From Chloroherpetonaceae bacterium (GTDB lineage Bacteria > Bacteroidota > Chlorobiia > Chlorobiales > Thermochlorobacteraceae): a DNA stretch of 64,000 nucleotides. Below are positions 36,948 to 46,741 of this stretch, piece after piece. Each line of letters opens with the position of its first letter. Position 1 is the stretch's first letter. A model generated the notes under the pieces. It ran no database searches. It saw nothing but the letters and a program-made list of their open reading frames with translations, and was not told the origin of the DNA. The stretch covers positions 804,319 through 868,318 of the forward strand of contig JANRJQ010000004.1 of assembly GCA_033763895.1 (NCBI GenBank), read 5' to 3'. Position numbers and translations under genes: made by a program.

Positions 36948-38120
36948 ATGTCCACAGTAGCTACTGATGTCCAAAAACGCCGCGTGCTCGTTGTTGATGA
37001 TGAGCCAAACATCGCCATCGGCATTCTAAAAACTTTAGGTCAACACCAACACTACTTTGCTAAGCATGCCCCAACCGGAGATTTAGCCGTTGAATTGCTG
37101 AAAAAAGAATCTTACGATTTGGTGATTACCGATATCAAGATGCCCAATAGCAAATTTCAGGGAATTGACTTGCTTCGGCATATTAGAACCAACTATCCGG
37201 ATATTGGTGTCATCATCATGACCGCCTACGGTTCAACCGCAGTTCAGGAAGAGGCCTCTCGGCGAGGGTCTCTTTTATATCTTGAAAAACCATTTGAATT
37301 CACCCATCTCCAACAAGTTGTTGATGATTTTTTTGATCGTAAAGAACATACTGCTGCACCTGCCGAGGCCGAAGCCGATAGCGGGGTTCAAGGTGTGATT
37401 CCGGGTCTTTCGTTAATGGATGTGATCCAAATGAATTGCCTTTCACGATCAACATGTACATTTCTTATTCAAAAAAGCGACGGTTCAGGGCAAGGTATTA
37501 TTTGCTTCAACAAAGGCGATATCACGCATGCCGAAACGCCAAACCGCAGCGGAAAAGATGCGTTTTTAGAAATCGTTTCTTGGCAAGGTGGAAGTTTTGA
37601 AACCCTTGATCAGATTTCGCCTACTGTTACCATTGTTGAAAGTTGGGAACAACTGATGATGGAGGCAGTGATGTTAATGCCTGATGCACCTGTTGCTCAG
37701 CCCGGCGCCGCTTCTCCAAAGGCAGTTGCTAAGCCACAAGCACCCGCACCGAAGCCGCAAGCCGACCTTGACCCAGCGAAAATGCTTGATCGCGTGCTCG
37801 ATGCCGCGAAAGCTGATGCCGCTTTTTTAGTCACACACAGTGGTTTTATGCTTGATAAACGTGTCAAAGCAACTTTAGATATTACGAAAACCGGCGATGA
37901 AATTGCCAAGTTGATGCCCGGCGTTTTTGCTTTCGGAAAGAATATTGGGGGAGGAACACTTTCTGAAATCACCTTTCGCTTCGGAAACAAAATTGTGATG
38001 GTGCGCAATGTCCAAGAGAGTGAAGCACTGTTTATTGTAATTTCACCGGCATCAATTACTTCGGGTGATATATTCAAAGCAATTGATCGTGAATCAGCAA
38101 CGCTCAAAAAAATTCTTTAA
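36948..38120 (+). CDS. response regulator: receiver + DUF4388 (PATAN-type) + Pro/Ala linker + Roadblock/LC7-like C-terminal domain
   Basis: REC motifs VLVVDDE, DLVITDIKMP, IIMTAYG and LEKPF. DUF4388-like LSLMDVIQMNCLSRSTCTFLI...GIICFNKGDITHAE...AFLEIVSWQGGSFE. Linker PGAASPKAVAKPQAPAPKPQ. The C-terminal 110 aa or so shows a Roadblock-like pattern (AAFLVTHSGFML...ITFRFGNKIVMVRNV...LFIVIS). Confidence 0.75.
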   Translation: MSTVATDVQKRRVLVVDDEPNIAIGILKTLGQHQHYFAKHAPTGDLAVELLKKESYDLVITDIKMPNSKFQGIDLLRHIRTNYPDIGVIIMTAYGSTAVQEEASRRGSLLYLEKPFEFTHLQQVVDDFFDRKEHTAAPAEAEADSGVQGVIPGLSLMDVIQMNCLSRSTCTFLIQKSDGSGQGIICFNKGDITHAETPNRSGKDAFLEIVSWQGGSFETLDQISPTVTIVESWEQLMMEAVMLMPDAPVAQPGAASPKAVAKPQAPAPKPQADLDPAKMLDRVLDAAKADAAFLVTHSGFMLDKRVKATLDITKTGDEIAKLMPGVFAFGKNIGGGTLSEITFRFGNKIVMVRNVQESEALFIVISPASITSGDIFKAIDRESATLKKIL

Positions 38121-38217
38121 AGCAACTTGTTCGATATCTTTTAAGTTTTTGATTTAGAAATCGATTAGCTTTTTGTAACTTTTTCTCATATCCTGCAAAT
38201 AAAGCGCAGGGGTTTTC

Positions 38218-38583
38218 ATGACAAATTTTAGTGAAGTTCTTTCCGTATTTAACGGAATCCAAGGGGTAATCGGTGTTTCCGTTGTCGATAGCGATGGAAT
38301 GCATTTGGTATCTTCATTTCCCGGGACGGAATTCAATGATGCCCTTTCGCCGGTCATTTGCTATTTAACAAGTGATGCGACAAAGCATCTTCAAGTTTTG
38401 GGTGAGTCTCCAAATCAGGTTTGTATTTCGATGAGTGATAAATTAATTATAATCCAATTGGTTTATGATCTCATCCTTGTGGTTTATAGTCAGAAGCGCA
38501 ATTTGCACGCAGTTCAAACAGCCATCGAATCCGCTTCATTAATCTTGAATCGAATTGCAACAGTAGAATTTTCAAACACATAA
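38218..38583 (+). CDS. mglB: Roadblock/LC7 domain protein (MglB-like GTPase-activating partner)
   Basis: 121 aa. The pattern GVIGVSVVDSDGMHLVSSFP ... KLIIIQLVYDLILVVY is typical of Roadblock/LC7. It lies 11 nt upstream of the mglA-like gene. Confidence 0.75.
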   Translation: MTNFSEVLSVFNGIQGVIGVSVVDSDGMHLVSSFPGTEFNDALSPVICYLTSDATKHLQVLGESPNQVCISMSDKLIIIQLVYDLILVVYSQKRNLHAVQTAIESASLILNRIATVEFSNT

Positions 38584-38594
38584 CTTTATCAGCA

Positions 38595-39290
38595 ATGGCA
38601 AATATCAATTACGCGAATAAGGAAATCATTATTAAGATCGTTTACTACGGTCCGGGGATGAGCGGAAAAACCACCAACTTGCAAGTGCTTCATCAAATGG
38701 TTCCGCAAGATTCCGCAAGCAAGATGATTTCACTTGCCACAGAGCAAGATCGCACCCTGTTTTTCGATTTATTGCCAATTTCATTGGGCTCAGTGAAAGG
38801 CTTCAATACTAAGTTTCAGCTTTACACCGTTCCGGGTCAGGTTTATTACAATACCACAAGAAAATTGGTGCTTAATGGCGTTGATGGCGTTGTTTTTGTC
38901 GCAGATTCTCAGCAAGGAAAAATGCCTGAAAACATTGAAAGTTTGAATAACCTTAAAGATAATCTTTCTGAGTATGGGATTGATATGGCCAAGTTTCCGG
39001 TTGTATTGCAGTACAATAAGCGAGATGTGGCTAATCCAATTACCATCGATGAATTCCAATCAACCTTAAATGCTGCTTACAACTTTCCTTATTCTGAAGC
39101 AGTTGCCTTTAAAGGTCAAGGTTTAATGGAAACATTGAAGTTGATTAGCAAAATAACATTGCAGCGCATTGGCTCTAAAACCAGTTCCGCCACAACACCG
39201 GCAGAGCCCTCTGCTCAGCCAGCGAACCCTGCGACACCACCACCGCAAGCCAGCAGCGAATTTTTCAAGAATCTTCAAAAGAAAATGTAA
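38595..39290 (+). CDS. mglA: MglA-family Ras-like small GTPase with Pro/Ala-rich C-terminal extension
   Basis: Colinear with Myxococcus MglA as I recall it: NYANKEIIIKIVYYGPGMSGKTTN, DRTLFFD, LYTVPGQV, GVDGVVFVADSQ, QYNKRD. It has about 35 extra C-terminal residues. Confidence 0.88.
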   Translation: MANINYANKEIIIKIVYYGPGMSGKTTNLQVLHQMVPQDSASKMISLATEQDRTLFFDLLPISLGSVKGFNTKFQLYTVPGQVYYNTTRKLVLNGVDGVVFVADSQQGKMPENIESLNNLKDNLSEYGIDMAKFPVVLQYNKRDVANPITIDEFQSTLNAAYNFPYSEAVAFKGQGLMETLKLISKITLQRIGSKTSSATTPAEPSAQPANPATPPPQASSEFFKNLQKKM

Positions 39291-39311
39291 GCCATTATCT
39301 TTTATAAAGTT

Positions 39312-39337
39312 GAAAAGCCCCGATTTCGGGGCTTTTC
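39312..39337. terminator. bidirectional rho-independent terminator between convergent mglA and clpB-fragment genes
   Basis: GAAAAGCCCCGA-tt-TCGGGGCTTTTC, a perfect palindrome flanked by A/T runs on both sides. Confidence 0.8.
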
Positions 39338-39379
39338 AACTTTATATTACTTCTCCAATATCATTTATAAATATTCTTC

Positions 39380-40708
39380 TCATTTTTTAGTAAATGTGAT
39401 TTCTGTCCCATTTAATCCAATCTCAATTTGATCCCCTTCACGAAAAGTGCCTGAAAGAATTTTTTCTGCCAATGTATTGACAATTGTTCGCTGCATCACG
39501 CGCTTGAGTGGCCGAGCACCAAAGGAAGGATCGTAGCCCAATTGTGACAACCAATCTTTTGCCGCTTCATTCAGCTCAAGGGTTAAGCCTTGTTTTTGGG
39601 CCGATTCCCGAATCCGTTCAAATTGAATCTGCACAATGGCATTCGTTTCATCTCGGGTAAGTGGCATGAACATAATCACCTCATCAATTCGGTTTAAGAA
39701 TTCAGGGCGCACTTTTTTTCTTAACAGTTCAAACACTTCAACCTTTAACTTTGATACCACTTCCCGTCGGTTATCATCGGTAATGAATTGAAGTTGATCT
39801 TGAATCAGTTGCGAACCCAAATTGCTTGTCATGATAATTATGGTATTCTTAAAGTTAACTACATGACCTTTGTTATCGGTCAACCGGCCATCATCAAGCA
39901 CTTGTAAAAGAATATTAAAGACATCTTGATGCGCTTTTTCTATTTCATCCAAGAGCACAACAGAAAAGGGATGTCGCCTTACTGCTTCAGTGAGTTGCCC
40001 GCCTTCATCATACCCCACATAACCCGGCGGTGCACCAACCAGCCTTGATACGCTATGAGCTTCCATATACTCGCTCATATCAATTCGTACCAAGGCATTT
40101 TCGTCGTTAAATAAATATTCAGCTAAACTCTTGGCTAATTCCGTTTTACCTACGCCAGTTGTTCCTAAAAAAATGAATGATCCGATTGGCCGCCGTTCAT
40201 CTGAAAGCCCTGCCCTTGCCCGCCTTACGGCTTCGGCTACTGCTTTTATGGCTTCATCTTGGCCGATTACGCGTTTGTGTAATTCAGATTCAAGCGAAAG
40301 GAGTTTTTGCCGCTCCGATTGTAACATCTTTGAAACAGGAATCCCTGTCCATTTGGCCACCACTTGCGCAATATCCTCTGCACCGACTTCCTCTTTCATC
40401 ATCGCACCATTTTGCTGCATCGTTTCGAGTCTTGTTTTAGCTGATTCAAGTTCTTTTTGCAAGGCGGTAATTTTACCATAGCGCAATTCTGCTACTTTAC
40501 CGAAATCACCGTTTCGCTCAAATTCTTCTGCCTGAACCTTTGCTGACTCTATTTCACTCTTCAATCGTCGTAATTCTGTGATGGCCTCTTTTTCCCGTTG
40601 CCACTTCGCTTGTATTCGCGATTGCTCCTCGCGTAAATCAGCCAATTCCCGTTCGATTTCCTGAAGCCTAACTTCAGTTAGAGAAATCACTTCGTTTTCT
40701 TTTTTCAT
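39380..40708 (-). CDS. ClpB-like AAA+ protein consisting only of distal M-domain + NBD2 + C-terminal small domain
   Basis: 442 aa. It aligns to the C-terminal half of ClpB: [30 protein letters not shown], Walker [10 protein letters not shown], Walker [40 protein letters not shown] lies 4 nt upstream of the ATG. There is no NBD1 coding sequence upstream. Confidence 0.8.
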   Translation of the reverse strand: MKKENEVISLTEVRLQEIERELADLREEQSRIQAKWQREKEAITELRRLKSEIESAKVQAEEFERNGDFGKVAELRYGKITALQKELESAKTRLETMQQNGAMMKEEVGAEDIAQVVAKWTGIPVSKMLQSERQKLLSLESELHKRVIGQDEAIKAVAEAVRRARAGLSDERRPIGSFIFLGTTGVGKTELAKSLAEYLFNDENALVRIDMSEYMEAHSVSRLVGAPPGYVGYDEGGQLTEAVRRHPFSVVLLDEIEKAHQDVFNILLQVLDDGRLTDNKGHVVNFKNTIIIMTSNLGSQLIQDQLQFITDDNRREVVSKLKVEVFELLRKKVRPEFLNRIDEVIMFMPLTRDETNAIVQIQFERIRESAQKQGLTLELNEAAKDWLSQLGYDPSFGARPLKRVMQRTIVNTLAEKILSGTFREGDQIEIGLNGTEITFTKK

Positions 40709-40819
40709 TTTTCGCTCCTTGATTTCCTTTTATGAAAATCTAAATCCGTAAATTTTTGTTATAAATATTTGTCTTCTGCTTTGTTCTTATAACATTTTTT
40801 TGAATTAATTCACTTCATT

Positions 40820-41272
40820 ATGTCTCAAGCTTTAATGAGCCCGCGTTGGCTTCGCCTTGTAAAAGTTGAAGAAATCGAAACGGATGTTTATTTCATCGAT
40901 CTTTATGTTTCTCCTTTGCCGGCGGCTGAACTCATTTCACAACACTTGTCTGAAAACCCCGTCCTTTATGCTTTTGCCGTTTTTAACAAAGAGAATAAAT
41001 ATCTTTTGAGTTATGCGCTTGAAATTCGCGAAACCTCTCGCCTTCTTGATTCAGGCGAAGAAGAAACATACATTGGCTATTTTCTTGAAACATATTGTGA
41101 ACACAAGCAATTCAGTTGTAAGAATTTTAAGGAAACCACACCAACGCTCGAAACAGTTCGCGCCTTTGTCCTCTCACTTGTTAATGAATACGATGCTATC
41201 CCCAAGATGATCAATTACGACCAAGAATCTGCCAAAAGGGACATCGTTCAAGATTCCGATGAAGGCGAGTAG
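40820..41272 (+). CDS. hypothetical acidic protein
   Basis: 150-aa ORF with no recognisable motif. Its 3' end overlaps convergent folK by about 25 nt. Confidence 0.45.
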   Translation: MSQALMSPRWLRLVKVEEIETDVYFIDLYVSPLPAAELISQHLSENPVLYAFAVFNKENKYLLSYALEIRETSRLLDSGEEETYIGYFLETYCEHKQFSCKNFKETTPTLETVRAFVLSLVNEYDAIPKMINYDQESAKRDIVQDSDEGE

Positions 41273-41874
41273 CGTAAACTCAGTTTTTTCGCTGTTAACT
41301 TCGTTGAATTTGATTTTTGTTCCTTTCCATTTTCGCTTGATAAAGTTGAATCACTTTCAAGAATCTTTAAAAGGTCGCTACACTTCGAATTGAATATCGG
41401 ATGAATCGGGTTTCCGACTTCCAAGAGTGGCCGCAAGACAAATTCTCTCCGGTGCAATTCGGGATGTGGGATGGTTAGAACATCAGATTTTATCACCAAC
41501 TGATCGTAAAAGAGGATATCCAAATCAAGTGGTCGCGATTCCCATTTTTTTCTTGGCTCTCGCCCGCTTTCTTTTTCTAGTTGCTTCAGTTCTCGAAGTA
41601 ATTCCTCTGGACTTAATTTCGTTTCAATTAGCCAAACGGCATTGAGGTATGGTGGTTTTGAATAATCGATTCCTTCCGTTGTTAGTGCCGGACTTTCCCA
41701 AAAGCTGGAGCCTTTCAAGACCCGAAGCGAAAGATGATGCTGCAGTCGATTTAATGCAGTTTCAAGCGTTTCGTGTGGGATTCCAAATTTCCCTGCCACA
41801 TTTGCTCCTGCGCCAAGCCAAACTAAATGCCAATCGTTTTCAGGTGAGCGCATATTCCACTTCAGCATAGTCAC
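41248..41874 (-). CDS. folK: 2-amino-4-hydroxy-6-hydroxymethyldihydropteridine diphosphokinase (HPPK) with C-terminal extension
   Basis: WESRPLDLDILFYD, LTIPHPELHRREFVLRPLLEV and an N-terminal LGAGAN pattern. The start is uncertain because the ORF overlaps the folB end. Confidence 0.85.
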   Translation of the reverse strand: MTMLKWNMRSPENDWHLVWLGAGANVAGKFGIPHETLETALNRLQHHLSLRVLKGSSFWESPALTTEGIDYSKPPYLNAVWLIETKLSPEELLRELKQLEKESGREPRKKWESRPLDLDILFYDQLVIKSDVLTIPHPELHRREFVLRPLLEVGNPIHPIFNSKCSDLLKILESDSTLSSENGKEQKSNSTKLTAKKLSLRYSPSSES

Positions 41875-42271
41875 AAACCCCGCCCACGGGTGGGTTTCGC
41901 TTTCTCACCTTTACTTTAATTTCCTCAATATCTGCAAAGTCCTTTTTGAGTTCTTCAGCAATATTTTTTGCAACCTTTTCGATGAGGTAGTATTTTTTGG
42001 GTGTGATTACTTCTTTCATAATTTTATACACTTTTTCATAATCAACGGTCTTTGAGAGTGAATCCGTCGCACCTGCTTCTGTAAAGTTGTAGGTTAATTC
42101 GACATCGACTTCATATCGAGCACCAACTTTATGTTCGGCTTCGCTTACCCCGTGATGAGCATAAAAGATGGCATTGACCAATCTGATTTTTCCTTTTGAA
42201 GTTGTCATTTTTCCGTTGACAATTTCATGTTTTAGTACTTTTTCGTTACCTGTGTTTTTTTGATTTTCCAT
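41840..42271 (-). CDS. folB: dihydroneopterin aldolase
   Basis: 143 aa. IRLVNAIFYAHHGVSEAEHKVGARYEVDVEL ... DSLSKTVDYEKVY ... LIEKVA matches the FolB pattern. Confidence 0.85.
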   Translation of the reverse strand: MENQKNTGNEKVLKHEIVNGKMTTSKGKIRLVNAIFYAHHGVSEAEHKVGARYEVDVELTYNFTEAGATDSLSKTVDYEKVYKIMKEVITPKKYYLIEKVAKNIAEELKKDFADIEEIKVKVRKRNPPVGGVCDYAEVEYALT

Positions 42272-42346
42272 TTTGATTTTTCTGTGTGCTTTTCCCCTTT
42301 TGCCTTAAATTACCTTAGCAATCTATTATACGCTAATCATATTCTC

Positions 42347-43000
42347 ATGCCTGAGCTTCATCTCATTCCTCTATTCCCTTTGCCGGTTGTGGTTTGCCCA
42401 ACCGAGCCATTACCACTTCATATTTTTGAAGAACGCTACAAGCAAATGATTGCCGACTGTCGCAAAGAACTATTGGGCGATCGGCCTTTGCCTTTTGGTG
42501 TTTCACTCGCTTATAACAACAAACTCTATACCATCGGTTGTTCCGTAGAAATTACTGAAGTGGTGAGCGAATATCCTGACGGACAATTGGATATTATCAC
42601 TACAGGCTTAACCCGTTATAAAATGATTGAAACCTATCGAGACCGTGCCTATATGCGCGCTCAAGTAGAATATTTTCAAGATGATGACCATCAAGTTGAT
42701 ATACTTCAACGTGAACGCGCCATCACACTTCACATGAAGTTCCGTGAACTCATTCAAGGCGAGACATTTGTTGAGGAATATGAAGAAACTGATTCCGTTT
42801 CGTTTCGCATCGCACATTCCTCAGGTTTTGATGTGCTTCAAAAGCAAAAATTATTAGAGATGCGGAGTGAAACTGAGCGACTCCTTTTTATTATTTCTTA
42901 CTTTGAAAAGGCCATTCCTGAAATTGAACGTTCTGAAGAAATTAAGCGACGGGTTCGCTCCAATGGTCATTTCAAAAATTTTGATTCACCAAATTTTTAA
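42347..43000 (+). CDS. standalone Lon N-terminal (LON substrate-binding) domain protein
   Basis: LIPLFPLPVVVCPTEPLPLHIFEERYKQMI is typical of the Lon N-domain. I chose ATG 42347 over the ORF-track start at 42260. Confidence 0.7.
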   Translation: MPELHLIPLFPLPVVVCPTEPLPLHIFEERYKQMIADCRKELLGDRPLPFGVSLAYNNKLYTIGCSVEITEVVSEYPDGQLDIITTGLTRYKMIETYRDRAYMRAQVEYFQDDDHQVDILQRERAITLHMKFRELIQGETFVEEYEETDSVSFRIAHSSGFDVLQKQKLLEMRSETERLLFIISYFEKAIPEIERSEEIKRRVRSNGHFKNFDSPNF

Positions 43001-43001
43001 T

Positions 43002-43883
43002 ATGTCTGATCAATTTCGCGAGTTTCATGAAGAGTGTGAGCTCGAAACGCTTGAGCTTGCAATGATTGAAGATTTGAATGAGGGCGATATTACCACGCTT
43101 GCCATAATTCCACCAACTCACCGTAGTAAGGGAATTTTTCGCGCGAAGTCATTCGGTGTAATTTCTGGACTTGCTGTTGCGGAGCGACTTTTTTCCCTAT
43201 CGGCTCTGCCTAATCATTTTCATTCTTTTATTAAAGATGGGGAGGAGGTCGAGTCTGGCACTATTATTGCCGAAGTTACAGGCCCAACGGATACGCTTCT
43301 TGTCTGCGAACGCACCTCGCTTAATGTGATGCAGCGGATGTCTGGCATCGCAACTAAAACAAGGGAATTTGTTCGAGCGGTTTCACATACCAAAGCCGTG
43401 ATTTTAGATACCCGTAAAACCTCTCCCGGAATGCGTTACTTTGATAAAGCAGCCGTTCGCGATGGCGGCGGGCGGAATCATCGCTTTGGTCTCTATGATA
43501 TGATATTGATTAAAGATAATCATGTTGATGCTGCAGGTTCCGTTGGTGAAGCCATTGCACGGGCAAAAGCCTACTTAAAAAAGGAATCACTTGAAGTGAA
43601 AATTGAAGTGGAAGTTCGTTCAATTCCTGAACTAAAAGCGGCACTAATTTCGAAACCCGACATTATTCTGATTGATAATTTTACGATTGATGCTTTGAAG
43701 GAGGCGGTTGAGATATCAAGAGAAATAAATCCTAAAGTTTTGCTGGAAGCTTCCGGTGGGGTTTCACTTCAAACTGTCGGTAAAATCGCTGAAACCGGCG
43801 TTGATTTTATTTCTGTTGGTGAATTAACTCATTCCGTAACCGCGTTAGATATTTCAATGAAAATTATTCCTCTCGCGTCATAA
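43002..43883 (+). CDS. nadC: nicotinate-nucleotide pyrophosphorylase (quinolinate phosphoribosyltransferase)
   Basis: ERTSLNVMQRMSGIAT, DTRKTSPGMR, AVRDGGGRNHRFGLYD, LIKDNH and EASGG. I chose ATG 43002 because the longer ORF (42867) overlaps the upstream gene. Confidence 0.9.
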   Translation: MSDQFREFHEECELETLELAMIEDLNEGDITTLAIIPPTHRSKGIFRAKSFGVISGLAVAERLFSLSALPNHFHSFIKDGEEVESGTIIAEVTGPTDTLLVCERTSLNVMQRMSGIATKTREFVRAVSHTKAVILDTRKTSPGMRYFDKAAVRDGGGRNHRFGLYDMILIKDNHVDAAGSVGEAIARAKAYLKKESLEVKIEVEVRSIPELKAALISKPDIILIDNFTIDALKEAVEISREINPKVLLEASGGVSLQTVGKIAETGVDFISVGELTHSVTALDISMKIIPLAS

Positions 43884-44085
43884 ACCCTAACTCTGATTGA
43901 ATAGATTATTTTCATATTATTCCAAAATCTCCAGTAATTGAAAAGATTAATTTCACTATTTAACCAATCTCGAAAGATAATTTGGTTGCAAAGTTTTATC
44001 GTTAAAGTTAAACCACAAACCTTTTAGCGTACTAATTTCTATTTCCGAATAAATCTCAAATTGTATGAACTATTTTTCTTATCCA

Positions 44086-44116
44086 CAAAAAAAGGCTGCC
44101 AATTTGGCAGCCTTTT
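44086..44116 (-). terminator. rho-independent terminator ending the ribosomal/alpha operon
   Basis: Minus-strand AAGGCTGCC-aaatt-GGCAGCCTT followed by TTTTTTTG, about 25 nt after the rplQ stop. Confidence 0.85.
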
Positions 44117-44139
44117 CTGTAGGTAATGATTTTTTTTGG

Positions 44140-44613
44140 TTATGCACCTGCAGCAGTTTCTTTTGCACTTGAATCCTTTTTGGTTTTCGATTCTTTTGAA
44201 CCTCGAACGCGTTTTGCACGATCTTGCTTTTGTGCCTTTGGCGCTTCAGTAATTTCGCTGTAATCGACAAGTTCAATGAAAGCCATTTTTGCACCGTCAC
44301 CAAAACGGGGTGGCATTTTCACCACACGTGTATATCCACCGTTGCGAGCGGAAGTTTTACTTGCGACGTCTCCAAATAGCTCTTTTATCGCTTCTTTATC
44401 CTTAATGACTTTAAAGACTTCGCGTTGTGCGTGAAGTGTACCGGCTTTGGCCTTTGTAATTAAGGGTTCAAAGTACATGCGTAGGTCTTTTGCCTTAGCT
44501 TCTGTTGTTTGAATCCGCTTGTGCAAAATTAATTGTGTACAAAGATTCGACATCAAAGCATGTCTGTGGGTTGTCGTCCGTCTTAATTTACGGAGCGGTT
44601 TCAATTTTCTCAT
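44140..44613 (-). CDS. rplQ: 50S ribosomal protein L17
   Basis: [24 protein letters not shown]...[11 protein letters not shown]. Last gene of the alpha operon. Has a C-terminal Lys-rich extension. Confidence 0.95.
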   Translation of the reverse strand: MRKLKPLRKLRRTTTHRHALMSNLCTQLILHKRIQTTEAKAKDLRMYFEPLITKAKAGTLHAQREVFKVIKDKEAIKELFGDVASKTSARNGGYTRVVKMPPRFGDGAKMAFIELVDYSEITEAPKAQKQDRAKRVRGSKESKTKKDSSAKETAAGA

Positions 44614-44654
44614 TTTTCTAAATCGTTACTGGTGTATAATCTTGTAAACTGTCC

Positions 44655-45647
44655 TTAGATTTCTTTTAGGCGGTATTTGCTCACATCCATTCCGAAATGA
44701 ATGCCGCGTGTTTCGACAAGTTCGCGCAATTCCGCGAGTGATTTTTTTCCAAAGTTTTTGAAATTGAGCAATTCTTCTTCTCTTTTTGCAACCAACTGGC
44801 CTAAGGTTTCAATTTCCGCCGAACGCAAGCAATTGTGAGAACGCACGGAAAGTTCAAGATCTTCAATGCGTGTGGTTAAGAGATTTCTCATTCGGTTAAA
44901 CTCCTCATCATCAGTCTTGGTCGTTTCAGTCATCACTTCTTCATCTGCGGTTTGAGTAAACTGAGAGAAGAGCTTAATATGATCACTAATTATCCTACCA
45001 GCCAAAGTAATTGCTTCATCTGGTAATATTGAACCGTCAGTTTCTACTTCCAAATTCAATTTTTCATAGTCTGTTCTCTGACCAACACGAGTATTTTCAA
45101 CACTATAACGAACATTCTTGATTGGTGTATAAATTGAATCCACTGGAATAAATCCAATTGGCGCATTATCTGGTTTGTTGTCTTCCGCCGGAACATAGCC
45201 TCTACCTCTGCCTACGGATATATCAATTTTCAAAGTGGCATTTTTATTGAGTGTCGCGATATGAAGTTCCGGATTGAGAATTTCAAAATCAACTTCTGGG
45301 CTTACAATATCACCTGCTACAAAATCCTTTGGTCCCTTTAAAACTAAAGAGACGGTTGCGCTTTTTTTGCTGATTGAACGGAATCGGACTTGTTTCAGAT
45401 TGAGAATGATATCAGGTAAATCTTCCTTAACACCTTCAATTGTTGAGAATTCATGCAATACGCCATCAATTTTAATCCCTGTTATCGCAGTTCCGGGAAG
45501 AGAAGAAAGTAATACCCTACGAAGTGTATTGCCAATCGTAACACCGTATCCGCGTTCTAGCGGTTGAGCTGTAAATTTGCCGTAGTTATTTGAATAGGAC
45601 GCTTCGTCTAATTCTAACTTTTCCGGCATTTGCATTGATTGTATCAT
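44655..45647 (-). CDS. rpoA: DNA-directed RNA polymerase subunit alpha
   Basis: 330 aa. [21 protein letters not shown] in the N-terminal domain and [11 protein letters not shown] in the C-terminal domain. Confidence 0.97.
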   Translation of the reverse strand: MIQSMQMPEKLELDEASYSNNYGKFTAQPLERGYGVTIGNTLRRVLLSSLPGTAITGIKIDGVLHEFSTIEGVKEDLPDIILNLKQVRFRSISKKSATVSLVLKGPKDFVAGDIVSPEVDFEILNPELHIATLNKNATLKIDISVGRGRGYVPAEDNKPDNAPIGFIPVDSIYTPIKNVRYSVENTRVGQRTDYEKLNLEVETDGSILPDEAITLAGRIISDHIKLFSQFTQTADEEVMTETTKTDDEEFNRMRNLLTTRIEDLELSVRSHNCLRSAEIETLGQLVAKREEELLNFKNFGKKSLAELRELVETRGIHFGMDVSKYRLKEI

Positions 45648-45702
45648 ATCTTCAAATTTTTTATTCTTAACTGGCGACTTACTTCTACTGTAGTCTTAGC
45701 TG

Positions 45703-46314
45703 TTACTTCGAGTACAATTCAACAACCAACTGCTCGTTGAAAGGTTCGTTGACATCCGCACGATCGGGTATGGCTAAGAAAGTTGCTTTAGCCGCTGCTT
45801 TATCAACTGCGATCCATTTTGCAATGGTGTTTTCAATTCTTTTATTCAACGAGGCTCGCACTGCTTCTAAGTCCTTGCTTTTTTCACGGAAAGTAATCAC
45901 ATCTCCGGCTTTCAATTGAAATGAAGGGATATTGACTTTTTTTCCATTGATAAGCAAGTGTCCGTGAGAAACCAATTGGCGAGATGCGCGGCGAGATACA
46001 GCGAATCCCGCGCGATAAATTACATTATCCAGACGGCGCTCAAGCATTTTTACTAAGTTATCACCGGTAACACCTCTTTGTGACGCCGCTTTTTCGTAAT
46101 AATTTCGAAATTGCTTTTCAAGGACGCCATAGATGTACTTCATTTTTTGCTTTTCGCGAAGCTGAACGGCATATTCAGAAATCTTGCTTTTTCTGGATTG
46201 CCCGTGCTGACCCGGTGGGTAAGGACGACGCTCAAGATATTTCTCATCTTTGGCGGTAATTGCAACGCCCAGTCTTCGTGAAACTTTTGCTGTTGAACCT
46301 AGGTATCGTGCCAT
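45703..46314 (-). CDS. rpsD: 30S ribosomal protein S4
   Basis: [16 protein letters not shown]..., an S4 RNA-binding domain, and its operon position. Confidence 0.97.
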   Translation of the reverse strand: MARYLGSTAKVSRRLGVAITAKDEKYLERRPYPPGQHGQSRKSKISEYAVQLREKQKMKYIYGVLEKQFRNYYEKAASQRGVTGDNLVKMLERRLDNVIYRAGFAVSRRASRQLVSHGHLLINGKKVNIPSFQLKAGDVITFREKSKDLEAVRASLNKRIENTIAKWIAVDKAAAKATFLAIPDRADVNEPFNEQLVVELYSK

Positions 46315-46341
46315 TTGGCTTTATCTCCCAATAATTATCGA

Positions 46342-46725
46342 TTAAACTCTTCTGCGTTTTGGAGGGCGGCATCCATTGTGAGGAAGCGGCGTAATATCGC
46401 GGATTGAACGAACTTCTAATCCGGCTACTTGCATCGAACGTATCGCTGCGTCTCTCCCCGAACCCGGCCCTTTAATCAGCACATCCACTTTTCTCATTCC
46501 CAATTCGTGGGCTTCTTTTGCGGCTGATTCCGCTGTTACCTGTGCTGCGTAAGGCGTATTCTTTTTTGAACCTTTAAATCCCATTTTGCCTGCGGTTGAC
46601 CAAGAAACGGTGTTACCGACAGAATCTGTAATCGTGACAAGCACATTATTGAAGGTCGCTTTAACATGCGCAATGCCTTCACTGGTAACCGATACTTTTT
46701 TCTTCTTTTTTACTGGACTGGCCAT
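46342..46725 (-). CDS. rpsK: 30S ribosomal protein S11
   Basis: [18 protein letters not shown]...[11 protein letters not shown]...[13 protein letters not shown]. Confidence 0.97.
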   Translation of the reverse strand: MASPVKKKKKVSVTSEGIAHVKATFNNVLVTITDSVGNTVSWSTAGKMGFKGSKKNTPYAAQVTAESAAKEAHELGMRKVDVLIKGPGSGRDAAIRSMQVAGLEVRSIRDITPLPHNGCRPPKRRRV

Positions 46726-46741
46726 CTTTCAACTTTATTTT

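Noticed and set aside
42867-43001. N-terminal 45-aa extension of the nadC ORF, and the 42260 start of the Lon-N-domain ORF
   Set aside because: The nadC extension overlaps the upstream gene in another frame, and ATG 43002 begins right after its stop. For the Lon-domain gene, 42260-42346 overlaps the folB start region, and the conserved domain begins at the ATG at 42347.
44079-44087. Perfect DnaA box TTATCCACA just downstream of the rplQ terminator
   Set aside because: It is a single isolated 9-mer. About 0.5 chance occurrences are expected in 64 kb counting both strands. There is no cluster and no AT-rich unwinding element nearby.
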